A stretch of DNA of 64,000 nt, from assembly GCA_040081625.1 (NCBI GenBank), contig JBEBGD010000014.1, positions 1 to 64,000 of the forward strand. The letters are read 5' to 3'. Made by a program: the position numbers and the translations under genes. This stretch comes from Chthoniobacteraceae bacterium (lineage in GTDB: Bacteria; Verrucomicrobiota; Verrucomicrobiia; Chthoniobacterales; Chthoniobacteraceae). The notes beneath the pieces are model-generated. The model did not search any database, was not told where the DNA came from, and was given only the letters and a program-made list of their open reading frames with translations. Every line of letters begins with the position of its first letter. The first letter of the stretch is position 1. This document shows positions 8,074 through 16,408 of this stretch, piece after piece.

Positions 8074-9942
8074 TTAGAATTCCCCAAGACCCTGTGCTAA
8101 CGCGATCTTGTCGGCGATCTTTCCCCACTGGCTAAAGAAGAACGACAGCTCTACGCCACGACGGGCGTGCCAAAACTTGTCATGGTCATCCGGCACAGGT
8201 TTCATCACATGAGCTTCGACGCACTGACTGAGAAGCTGCAAGAACTGGGCTGGAGTGTTCTCCTCATTCTCTTCAAACGCTGCCTGCGCTTTGGCCCGCG
8301 TTCCCATCGGCGTGGAAACATTATACTCAATGATCTTGTCCTTACTGTCCGGCCAACCGCTCTTGTTGTAGCGTTTGACGCCTTCGAGGAAGATGGTTGT
8401 CTTCTGCGATGGAGACCCATCAGCTCGTTCTTCACGCATGGAGGTGATACGTCTTGCAACGCTTTGAATGTCTTCGCAGTGGGGATCAAACGCATCAACG
8501 ATCTCTTGGGACCGCTTATGGCGAAACAAACATGCCCCTACCAGTGTGTGAAGAACTGCCACTGTGTAAATCGAGAGTGTGTCGGGCGGAACGCACTGGC
8601 CTAAAGCCTTGCTCATATACTGGTCAACGGGTTCACAGAGACGGGAAACCAGTTCATCACCACTGTTCATCGCCAGCACCTCATCGACTGTGGTAGAATC
8701 CAGTGCCTCGGTGAGAACTCCTTCACAGGCGTCCATGATGTTCGTGACATACGCAAGAGGACCATCGCCGCGCAACTTGGCAATGTTGTCCTGTTGCTCA
8801 TGCACCGCTTGCTGAAGCTCGTCCAATGAGCGGAACGAACAAGCTGAGGATCGTGTCTCGTAAAACGGTTGTTGTCCTTCATGCTTCTCAGCATTAGCGG
8901 CGTCAGCCACAATGTTTTCTACGCACCCAGGCGAGCAGTCTTTTCTGAGTGGCTTCTCATTGGCTTTCTTAATGGCTTCATATTGGGTATAGTCATTCAC
9001 ATTTGACCCATTCTCATTCACGGATGACCCATTCCTATTCACGTTTGACCCATTCCTATTCACAAATGACCCATTCACGGATGACCCATTCCTATTCACG
9101 TTTGACCCATTCCTATTCACAAATGACCCATTCACGGATGACCCATTCTCATTCACGGATGACCCATTTGTGGGCGAATTGACGATACCCAGCTCAGATG
9201 TATCGGTCAACGTGAAGAGGCTCTTCTTCTTGGGATGTGCCAGGATGAGTTTTGCGTTCACCAAGCTTCTCACGGCACGCTTGACGGTGGAGTAGTCCAT
9301 CGGGAGATCACGGGCCAACTGCTTCTTGTTCAGCTTGTGGTAGGGCAGCGGATTTGCCCGGTCCTGCTTCAACGCCAGTCGAAGATGAAAGCGAAGGTTG
9401 TGGTAGATCGTCGCCGCTGGAATTCCAAGAGTCTTTGCCACGGCGACATCAAAGCAGATCAGGTCAGACAAGGCATCATCTCTCACCTTGTCCTCAATCG
9501 CATACCAATTGGTGCTATCGTAACTCGCTTTGTTGTTGGAATCCTTGATGAGAAGATTCACATCTTCCCCGGCTAGATACTCGATCATTCCACACAGCCC
9601 AGAGGGACCCCAATACGGCCAGCGTCTTTTGCACAGCACCTCTAGGGTCTCGTAATACCACCACCTGTCCTCCCACCAATTCATCCTGTGGTGCTTGAGC
9701 TTGTAGGCAAACCCTGTGAGAACCACGGAAGCATTGATGCCGTGTTCTCTTGCGACTGTGCGCGAGTAGCAGTGGACCTTCGCGTTGCACTGATCCGCTT
9801 CAGCAACAATTCTCTCGTTGTCTTCACCGCCTCTATCGGAAGTGCTCTTGGTTTCAAAAGCATTTTCGGCAGAAGCCGCGTTATTTGCAGTCGGATGCGC
9901 TTTTGTCTCGCAATCCTCTGTCTCTTTTTGTAGTATGGACAT
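8074..9942 (-). CDS. Phage-type replication initiator with tandem winged-helix domains and internal repeat array
   Basis: VAREHGINASVVL...RWWYYET...WPYW...NKASYDSTNWY replisome-organizer-like domain; second copy FDVAVAKTLGIPAATIY...YSTVKRAVRSL; NGSxVN repeats. Confidence 0.75.
   Translation of the reverse strand: MSILQKETEDCETKAHPTANNAASAENAFETKSTSDRGGEDNERIVAEADQCNAKVHCYSRTVAREHGINASVVLTGFAYKLKHHRMNWWEDRWWYYETLEVLCKRRWPYWGPSGLCGMIEYLAGEDVNLLIKDSNNKASYDSTNWYAIEDKVRDDALSDLICFDVAVAKTLGIPAATIYHNLRFHLRLALKQDRANPLPYHKLNKKQLARDLPMDYSTVKRAVRSLVNAKLILAHPKKKSLFTLTDTSELGIVNSPTNGSSVNENGSSVNGSFVNRNGSNVNRNGSSVNGSFVNRNGSNVNRNGSSVNENGSNVNDYTQYEAIKKANEKPLRKDCSPGCVENIVADAANAEKHEGQQPFYETRSSACSFRSLDELQQAVHEQQDNIAKLRGDGPLAYVTNIMDACEGVLTEALDSTTVDEVLAMNSGDELVSRLCEPVDQYMSKALGQCVPPDTLSIYTVAVLHTLVGACLFRHKRSQEIVDAFDPHCEDIQSVARRITSMREERADGSPSQKTTIFLEGVKRYNKSGWPDSKDKIIEYNVSTPMGTRAKAQAAFEENEENTPAQFLQLLSQCVEAHVMKPVPDDHDKFWHARRGVELSFFFSQWGKIADKIALAQGLGEF
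8995..9168. repeat. Nine direct repeats ATTCACnnnTGACCC (iteron-like; 21/15-bp units)
   Basis: Copies start at 8995, 9016, 9037, 9058, 9073, 9094, 9115, 9130 and 9151. 9016-9072 is identical to 9073-9129. Confidence 0.95.
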
Positions 9943-9997
9943 TGTTATTCATGAGTGTTTCGACGGTCACCAGTTTGTCGCTGGTGGCCGTTTTGTT

Positions 9998-10618
9998 TTA
10001 ACGAGTTATTGTAGCTGACGAAGACGGCGCTCCGATGAGCTGCACCGCGGAATGTACCTCCTCAAGAATGTGCGGACGCATTCTGCCCCAGCAACCACCA
10101 CAGATGAAGGTGTTGTCCTCATTGTTCCAGGCTTCCCAGAGAATGCCGTTGTGAAGAAGATAGAACTCACGTTCTTGCGCATCGTAGAACGCCTGATCAT
10201 GGATGCACTGTTCGCTGCCGCAATCGCATCCGCCAAAGGGCAGTGAAAGGTTGTGACAGTCGATGATGACTTTGTGCTTCTGTTCCATTGCCTCGTCGAT
10301 GTCAAAGACTCCGCCATCAAGGCGTGAGAAAACCAGAAAGCGTTCATCTGTCTGTGCATGCTTGAAGGCAACGTCACGGCCATGCTTGTGTTGGATCGTG
10401 GCGTAACGGACTAGTCCGCTCACATCGAAGTAGCGATCGATCGCAGCGATGTAGATCGACTCTTGGAGATATTTGCACTCCTCAGCCGTAAGCTGCGCAT
10501 TTTTGCGATCGCTGTTGGAAGCACCGATTGATTCGATGCCTTCAACAACTGCCTCACTATTTGCGTATGCTGCGGGAAGAGTCTTGTCTTCCTCTGCGGT
10601 TTTTAATATAATTTCCAT
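9998..10618 (-). CDS. Hypothetical protein with Cys clusters (possible Zn binding)
   Basis: 206-aa ORF with CDCGSEQC and CGGC; co-oriented with the rep gene. Confidence 0.65.
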   Translation of the reverse strand: MEIILKTAEEDKTLPAAYANSEAVVEGIESIGASNSDRKNAQLTAEECKYLQESIYIAAIDRYFDVSGLVRYATIQHKHGRDVAFKHAQTDERFLVFSRLDGGVFDIDEAMEQKHKVIIDCHNLSLPFGGCDCGSEQCIHDQAFYDAQEREFYLLHNGILWEAWNNEDNTFICGGCWGRMRPHILEEVHSAVQLIGAPSSSATITR

Positions 10619-10678
10619 TGTAGTAATTCATTTGTGTTTCTAATTGAGCCCGGTGTTTTCAGCACCGGGTTCTATTTA

Positions 10679-10981
10679 TTAAGCTGCGCATTCTCCTGTA
10701 TCGGATTCCCATTCGTCGTCTGGCGCTTCATCGAAGCTCTCGATCAATTCGGACAGCATACCATTGACGATTACCCCTGTGCGCTTTCGAGGTGAGTAAA
10801 GGTAGCAAAAGTCCATTTCAATGCCGGTGTCTTCATCACACACGGCGAAAAGCATCCCGATGCTTCCATCTATTTCAACATCCCAACCCTCAGTATCGAT
10901 GGTGTAGCCAAGAGCTTCTAGACCCTCGGGTTCTATGGTCGGCAATTCCGGTACGGTTGCTATTTCTGTTTCATTATACAT
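10679..10981 (-). CDS. Small highly acidic hypothetical protein
   Basis: 100 aa, very Asp/Glu-rich, ATG after an A-rich leader. Confidence 0.6.
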   Translation of the reverse strand: MYNETEIATVPELPTIEPEGLEALGYTIDTEGWDVEIDGSIGMLFAVCDEDTGIEMDFCYLYSPRKRTGVIVNGMLSELIESFDEAPDDEWESDTGECAA

Positions 10982-11124
10982 TGTTGTTTCTGCTTCTAGT
11001 TTTGCAATCGGCTCCCACGATCGCGGGTTATTTATTGTTGGGCGCGAGGTTTTTGCCTGTGGAGTCGCCCGTTGTTTTGAGCGCCTTGGTGAATCAGAGA
11101 TACACCATCAGACGCAAAAAATGG

Positions 11125-11547
11125 TTATGCGGGGAGAAGTTCTGTTTTAAGAGTGCGCTTATCACCACCGTGCAACCACAAGGTCACATCCTGGTGTTGA
11201 GCGTCACCATCGACAGCGCAGCCGTAGATGGATTCTCCCACTATGCCTGCCTGTTTTAGCTGGCGGGCAATTAGATTGAGTAGTTCTGCTGGATAGCTCT
11301 GAGATTCTTGCAGCAGCTTCTCCGTGCACTCATCGATGGCAGTGAGAATGAATTGCTCCAAAGCTTCACCGTGCAGGCCGAGCGCAGTACCGATCTTGCG
11401 GGCTTGTAGCTCGCCGATAATCCGCTTGCCTGATTGTAGCCCAGCGATAACTGCATGGGATACATCAGCGCGGTCAGCTAGTTCACGAATAGTGAGTCGC
11501 TTATCAGTGCGGAGCTTTGAAAGTTGTTCTGCGAGGGTGAGTCTCAT
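11125..11547 (-). CDS. XRE-family transcriptional regulator (repressor-like)
   Basis: LSKLRTDKRLTIRELADRADVSHAVIAGLQSGKR; divergent from the xis-side genes. Confidence 0.85.
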   Translation of the reverse strand: MRLTLAEQLSKLRTDKRLTIRELADRADVSHAVIAGLQSGKRIIGELQARKIGTALGLHGEALEQFILTAIDECTEKLLQESQSYPAELLNLIARQLKQAGIVGESIYGCAVDGDAQHQDVTLWLHGGDKRTLKTELLPA

Positions 11548-11880
11548 ACCGTTGACCCCACACTAACACATCCGCGGCGTTTGTCTAGTGAAATGTTAGG
11601 CTCTGGCACATTTTCTGTTGGCGGGCCGCGATAATATGCGCATCAAGGTATTTCCGCTTTATGAAGCCTCAATGCGTCGCACTGATAACTAGGCTGCGTG
11701 GCTTTGCTTTCACCGAGCGCCCTGGACAAGTTACAATGCAGCGGATTCACTTAGGTCCTTCAGGTCAGTGCAGGATGCTCTCAGGACCGGCGCGGGCTAA
11801 CCGGCGGCCCAGGCGCGCTCACCGGACGTGGCGGGTAGCGGCGGCGGACGGGGCTCACGCAAAGTTTTCACAAAAACCTT

Positions 11881-11908
11881 TTGACGTGTGCCCGGCGTCG
11901 CATATCAT
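11881..11908 (+). promoter_or_regulatory. Putative sigma70 promoter
   Basis: TTGACG-N16-TATCAT with an A/T-rich upstream tract; perfect palindrome TCCGGCCTAGGCCGGA at 11920-11935. Confidence 0.5.
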
Positions 11909-12175
11909 CGAATTCTCATTCCGGCCTAGGCCGGAGTGGAACCTGGCCACTGGTAACAGCGGCCTTACCCGAGTCGCTTCTTCGTCATCCGGTTAGATGG
12001 CGATCAAAGAGGCGGACGGGCCGATCAACATAGCCGAGCGAGAGGTAATCAGGGTGTCGTTCGGCGTCGATCTGGTTTCACTTGCCTGTTAGTTGTGTCC
12101 TGTCCACGGGTGGTTCTAGATGTTTAATTCGGCTTGGTGGACAGGTGGAGTAAACCTAAAACAAACTAGAACCAA

Positions 12176-12628
12176 ATGAGCGCAAAAAGCGCATCCACAG
12201 AGAAACCCCAAGCCGCAACCGCTGTTTACAGTGATGAGGCTTGGGAGAAGTTAGAACTCCAACGGATGGCCATGAAGGAGAATCGGATTGGCCAACTGTT
12301 CGATGAAATGTCGGGGTATCATCTTAACATTACCGGGATTGAGCGCAAGCTTATCGCGGCTGTCGGTGATCCAGAAAAAGCGAATGAGAAGCTGCTATTG
12401 CTGGCCGTAAGGAAGGCTGGCAAGGAAGGCATTCTTCTTTCGGATGCAAGACGGTATGTTCGTGACCCGAACGACCTAAATGCGGCGAGGGAGCGCCTAC
12501 TCGCGCCGAAGGACGAAGCCGGTAATCCGACTCCGCCTCTCATCTACGAGAAGCGGAGCAAAAACAATGAGCTGCGCATCTACGCAGTGGAGCAGGAGGA
12601 TGCCCCAGAGGAGGAGAAAGCGGAATAG
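12176..12628 (+). CDS. Hypothetical protein, possible C-terminal winged helix
   Basis: 150-aa ORF with an A-rich leader, followed by a long hairpin. Confidence 0.7.
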   Translation: MSAKSASTEKPQAATAVYSDEAWEKLELQRMAMKENRIGQLFDEMSGYHLNITGIERKLIAAVGDPEKANEKLLLLAVRKAGKEGILLSDARRYVRDPNDLNAARERLLAPKDEAGNPTPPLIYEKRSKNNELRIYAVEQEDAPEEEKAE

Positions 12629-12633
12629 TCAGT

Positions 12634-12686
12634 AGCAGTTAAAACAGCAGCTACCTGGCCCTCAACTGGTAGCTGCTGTAACTGCT
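12634..12686. other. Long inverted repeat/hairpin
   Basis: AGCAGTT(aaa)ACAGCAGCTACC ... GGTAGCTGCTGT AACTGCT. Confidence 0.7.
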
Positions 12687-12709
12687 TCATCTCTAACTTC
12701 CTAAAAGCA

Positions 12710-12811
12710 GTGGAGAATTTAGATCAGTATTTAACGAAGGAAGAACTTCGACTTCGGCTCAATCTGCCGAGCACCCGAATGGTTGCTGATCCCCGCATCC
12801 CACAACGGTAG
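12710..12811 (+). pseudogene. Truncated excisionase-like HTH fragment
   Basis: GTG..TAG, 33 aa VENLDQYLTKEELRLRLNLPSTRMVADPRIPQR; HTH-like start without the wing. Confidence 0.45.
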
Positions 12812-12837
12812 CGGCAATCCATTAGCCCACCGGCTCC

Positions 12838-13164
12838 ATGCTTCGCGTCGAGATTCCAGACGAACTATTGGTTCGCGCCGTGAGCGATGCCGTTGAACGC
12901 CAACTCACCCGCATCAATGACTTCGCGGGCTACGTAGACCTCAAAGGAGCGTGCAAATTCCTCTCGGTCGGCGAAACACAATTCAAGGAATGGGTGCGTC
13001 ACGGTTTGATTCACGCTCGAAAAGTCAGCACGCACCTCGTCCGCTTTCGTATCGACGAATTGCGCGACTTCATGGAGCAGTTCAAGATCGAGCGCACGCA
13101 GGCTAAGCTGCCGCTTCGAGTAGGGCCTTCACCTTCAACGGTGTCTGTGCAAACCACTCCTTAG
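12838..13164 (+). CDS. Excisionase-like HTH protein
   Basis: YVDLKGACKFLSVGETQFKEWVRHGLIHARKVSTHLVRFRIDELRDFM; convergent with the integrase. Confidence 0.85.
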   Translation: MLRVEIPDELLVRAVSDAVERQLTRINDFAGYVDLKGACKFLSVGETQFKEWVRHGLIHARKVSTHLVRFRIDELRDFMEQFKIERTQAKLPLRVGPSPSTVSVQTTP

Positions 13165-14305
13165 CCTGATCCTCAGTCACAAGTTCCCGGTAGTTTCGGA
13201 AAAGCATCGATGGGGAATTGCCCATCTCCAGCGCAACACGGGCTGCGTCTTTGAGATCAGCGAGCCGGTAGCTTGCGAAGCTGTGGCGGAGTGCATTCGG
13301 TTTCCATGTGAACTCGAAGACGATTCCTTTTATCAAAATCCCTGTCTTGCAGAAGCGAGTGCGCGCCTCCGAGAGCACGTCATTGCGTGTGTAGCCGACG
13401 ACATGCCCCGTTCGTTTTCGAAGGGGCAGGAGCCAAGCCGCCAACACCGGCAGCAGCGGAACAAGCCGACGGGAAGCCGTCTTGGCCTTTAATGCCGATA
13501 CCTCGATGAAGCTTTGCTCGAACCGAATGTCGCTCCAGTCGAGCCTCATGATTTCCTGACTCCGAAGACCTGCAAAAGCACCGATTGCAAAAAATGGCAG
13601 TAGCCTTTCGGGCGCATGACCAAGCAGCAACCTCAGTTCGGGCGCGGTGTAGATTTGAATTTCCCCCTCACCCGCTGCTGCGGTCGCCACGTCTTCAACA
13701 GCTGTCGGTTCATTGCGCGGAAGATACCTCTTACCTCGCGCATACCGAAAGAGTTGGAGGACAGCATTGCGGTAATTGTTTCGCGTTCGGCCACCGGTGC
13801 CGAGGCCATTGAGCCAAACCTCGATTTCGTGAGTGGTGACGCGATCGATTCGCCCTTTGAATTCAGCAGCGAATCTGTTGAGACGATACTTCCTGTCCTC
13901 CAGATGGAAAAAGCCCGCGCCTTCCACCTGTTTCGAAGTGAGAAATTCTTCGACAATCTCAGGCACGGTCTTGGCGACAGTTTTTGGATTCTTTTCACGA
14001 CCAGCGATCCACTCCTCGACCACGCCAAGCAGCGATACCTTAAACGGCGCGATCTTTTGCTTCACGATTCTGTAGTCCTCAGTCTCGGACAGCGTAAGCG
14101 CCTCTTCGCTGCTGCGTCCCGAGATGATCTGGGCAATCAACTTCCTCGCTTCAGTTTTCGCCGCCTCAAGCGTCGTCCGAGTGATGCGCTTTCGCTTTTC
14201 TCCGAGCACTGTATCCACGCAGTAACGTCCATCCGAGAACTCGTAAATGGGAACGACGACACTCCCCTCTTTGACCTCAATTCGTTTGGGCTTCGTGCGC
14301 GGCAT
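13103..14305 (-). CDS. int: Tyrosine recombinase/integrase
   Basis: AGLRSQEI (R), KAKT (K), NALRHSFASY, EMGNS, RNY (Y); SAM-like domain TRNNYR; adjacent to tRNA. Confidence 0.95.
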   Translation of the reverse strand: MPRTKPKRIEVKEGSVVVPIYEFSDGRYCVDTVLGEKRKRITRTTLEAAKTEARKLIAQIISGRSSEEALTLSETEDYRIVKQKIAPFKVSLLGVVEEWIAGREKNPKTVAKTVPEIVEEFLTSKQVEGAGFFHLEDRKYRLNRFAAEFKGRIDRVTTHEIEVWLNGLGTGGRTRNNYRNAVLQLFRYARGKRYLPRNEPTAVEDVATAAAGEGEIQIYTAPELRLLLGHAPERLLPFFAIGAFAGLRSQEIMRLDWSDIRFEQSFIEVSALKAKTASRRLVPLLPVLAAWLLPLRKRTGHVVGYTRNDVLSEARTRFCKTGILIKGIVFEFTWKPNALRHSFASYRLADLKDAARVALEMGNSPSMLFRNYRELVTEDQAKEWFAQTPLKVKALLEAAA

Positions 14306-14314
14306 ACCGGTATA

Positions 14315-14334
14315 TCTGTCACGTTTCTGTCACG
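14315..14334. promoter_or_regulatory. Putative integrase arm-type sites
   Basis: Direct repeat TCTGTCACG at 14315 and 14326 (11-bp period) between int and the tRNA. Confidence 0.55.
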
Positions 14335-14370
14335 CGCAACAGCCAATCGCCCGCAAACCCTGATGAATAC

Positions 14371-14446
14371 TGGCGACCCTAACGGGATTCGAACCCGTGT
14401 TCTCGCCGTGAAAGGGCGATGTCCTAGGCCACTGGACGATAGGGTC
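14371..14446 (-). tRNA. tRNA-Glu (anticodon TTC)
   Basis: Reverse complement GACCCTATCGTCCAGTGGCCTAGGACATCGCCCTTTCACGGCGAGAACACGGGTTCGAATCCCGTTAGGGTCGCCA; cloverleaf, TTCGAAT loop, encoded CCA. Confidence 0.97.
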
Positions 14447-14499
14447 TTCGTTGGCGGGCGCGGAAAGTAGGAGCGGGCGGCGGAGGCGCAAGCGCTTTC

Positions 14500-15840
14500 T
14501 CAGCGCTCGTCTGCCATCAGAAGTGTCGCGGTCCGCGCTGTGGCTCCGGCGTGCGCTGCGAGGGCGACGCGGGCGTGCTCGCCCAATGAGGCGCGACGGT
14601 CCGGCGACGCGAGCAGTGCAGCGAAGGCCGGCAGCAAGTCAGCGGCGGTCTGGATTTGCACGGCGGCTTCCACTCGGAGTAGTCCCGCGACCAAGGCGGC
14701 GAAGTTTTCCATGTGCGGACCGAAGACGATCGGCTTGCCGAGCGCTGCCGGTTCGGCTGGGTTCTGGCCACCGACTTCGGCGATGCCGGGGAGACTCTTC
14801 CCGATGAAGGTGACCGTCGCGAGCGCATACCAATCGCGGAGTTCGCCGGTCACGTCGATCAGGAGCACGTCGGGCCGGTCTCGCGCATCGGGCGGCGGCT
14901 GGCTGCGCCGAACGATCTTGAGCCCGAGCGGTGCAAGCTGCCGGATGATCTCGGGGAATCGTTCTACGTGTCGCGGCACCAGGATCAGGAAAAGGTCCGG
15001 GTGCTTGGTGCGAAGCGAGAGCACGACCTCGGCGAGCGTAGATTCCTCGGGATGCCATGTGCTGCCGGCGACGAGGATCGGCGCGCCTATGGCAACGCCG
15101 AGGGTGGCGAGCAGAGCGCGAAACTCCGCCTCGCGCGTGCTTGAAATGGCGGGCTGGTCGAACTTGATGCTGCCAGTGCAGATCAATCGGGATGGTTCGA
15201 CGCCGAGGTTCTTCCAACGACTGACGTCATCAGGCTCGGGCACAAAGACGCGGTCGAGCAGTCGAAAGATCGGACCGGTCCATCGACGCCAGCGTTGAAA
15301 GCGCCGCTCGCTCCGCGGGGAGAGGCGGGCGTTCACGAGCGAGACCAGGATGTCGCGTCGCCAGCATTCGGCGACGAAATTCGGCCACGCTTCGCCTTCG
15401 ATCAGGAAGACCTTCCGCGGCTTCACTGCGTCGAGCGCGCGGCGCACGATGCGACGCGAGTCGATGGGATTGTAGATCGGTTCGAGCCAGTCGCCGGCCG
15501 CCTTGCGCGCTTCCGCGAATCCGGTGGATGTCGTGGTCGAGAGCAGAATCCCGGCGTTCGGATCGAGTCCGTGAATCGCCCGTGCGAGCTTTAGCGCGAT
15601 GAAGGTCTCGCCGACGCTGATCGAGTGAATCCAGAGCCACTCGCGGCTGCGAAAGCGCACGAGATCCTCGGCCGAATAGAACGCGAGGCGCTGGCCGAAC
15701 TTCTCGCGAAATCCGCCGCGCCGGAACATTCGCAGCAGCACGCCGGGCAGCAGCGCGAGCAGCACGATCGGGAAGAGCAGATTGTAGATGCGCAGCGAGA
15801 GGCGCGTGTCCGGTGGGAGGCTTCGATCGATCGGCGCCAC
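14500..15840 (-). CDS. waaA: 3-deoxy-D-manno-octulosonic acid (Kdo) transferase
   Basis: WIHSISVGE, STTTSTG, E.E.WPN, NARLS, GSIKFD, VPRHVER, GGQNPAEPA, FGPHMENF. Likely GTG start at 15840, just after the rsmD stop. Confidence 0.93.
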   Translation of the reverse strand: MAPIDRSLPPDTRLSLRIYNLLFPIVLLALLPGVLLRMFRRGGFREKFGQRLAFYSAEDLVRFRSREWLWIHSISVGETFIALKLARAIHGLDPNAGILLSTTTSTGFAEARKAAGDWLEPIYNPIDSRRIVRRALDAVKPRKVFLIEGEAWPNFVAECWRRDILVSLVNARLSPRSERRFQRWRRWTGPIFRLLDRVFVPEPDDVSRWKNLGVEPSRLICTGSIKFDQPAISSTREAEFRALLATLGVAIGAPILVAGSTWHPEESTLAEVVLSLRTKHPDLFLILVPRHVERFPEIIRQLAPLGLKIVRRSQPPPDARDRPDVLLIDVTGELRDWYALATVTFIGKSLPGIAEVGGQNPAEPAALGKPIVFGPHMENFAALVAGLLRVEAAVQIQTAADLLPAFAALLASPDRRASLGEHARVALAAHAGATARTATLLMADER

Positions 15841-15844
15841 GAGG

Positions 15845-16408
15845 TTAAGGCGAAGGTTCGGCGCGCCGGAAGAATGCGACGGCTGTCGCGCCGTAATTCT
15901 TGTCGCGAAAACATTCGAGCGTCGCCGGCGTCTTGACCGCCACATCGGGAAGATGCTCGAGGACGAAGATGCCGTTCGGCGTCAGCGCGCGGATCAGCGC
16001 GACGTTCCCGAGCAACTCCGCACCGAAGTCACGCTCGCCCGGCGCCTTCGCATACGGAGGATCGGCGATGATGAGATCGAACGATCCCGCGGGAGCGATC
16101 CGGTCGAGATAGCTGAAGACATCGAGCGCATGGATTTCTCCGCTCAGGCGCGCTTTCGCGAGGTTCTCGCGGATGACCGCGACCGCAGGCTGGTCGTTCT
16201 CGACGAAGACGACGCTCGCCGCGCCGCGACTGAGCGCCTCGATGCCGAGGCTGCCGCTGCCCGCAAAGAGATCGAGCACACGCGCGCCGGGGATGACGTC
16301 GTGCAGGCTGGAAAAGATCGCGCCCTTGACCCGTTCCATCGTCGGACGCACGCCGACACGCGGCACTTTGAGGCGCAGGCCGCGGGCCGACCCGGAGCTC
16401 ACCCTCAT
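15845..16408 (-). CDS. rsmD: 16S rRNA m2G966 methyltransferase
   Basis: MRVSSGSARG..VRPT..RVK.AIF, VLDLFAGSGSLGIEALSRGA, DPPY. Confidence 0.93.
   Translation of the reverse strand: MRVSSGSARGLRLKVPRVGVRPTMERVKGAIFSSLHDVIPGARVLDLFAGSGSLGIEALSRGAASVVFVENDQPAVAVIRENLAKARLSGEIHALDVFSYLDRIAPAGSFDLIIADPPYAKAPGERDFGAELLGNVALIRALTPNGIFVLEHLPDVAVKTPATLECFRDKNYGATAVAFFRRAEPSP

Larger units (their letters stand above)
1..14370. mobile_element. Integrative element / genomic island (prophage-remnant or satellite-like) at tRNA-Glu; left end outside the window or not recognised
   Basis: Tyrosine integrase starts 66 bp beyond the tRNA 3' end. Xis-like, repressor, replication and HNH genes follow. Base composition shifts abruptly from the GC-rich core genes at ~14370. 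Confidence 0.85.

Noticed and set aside
8995..9168. Repeat array as CRISPR
   Set aside because: Units are 15-21 bp, with no unique spacers, in frame within a CDS, and there are no cas genes.
11661..11996. 111-aa ORF between the repressor and 12176
   Set aside because: No motifs; overlaps the putative promoter and palindrome, so more likely regulatory DNA.
1..13100. Second att site (duplicate of the tRNA-Glu 3' end)
   Set aside because: Not found by eye; the island probably extends left of the window, though a short degenerate copy could have been missed.
13616..14470. 284-aa plus-strand ORF
   Set aside because: Antisense to the integrase and runs through the tRNA.
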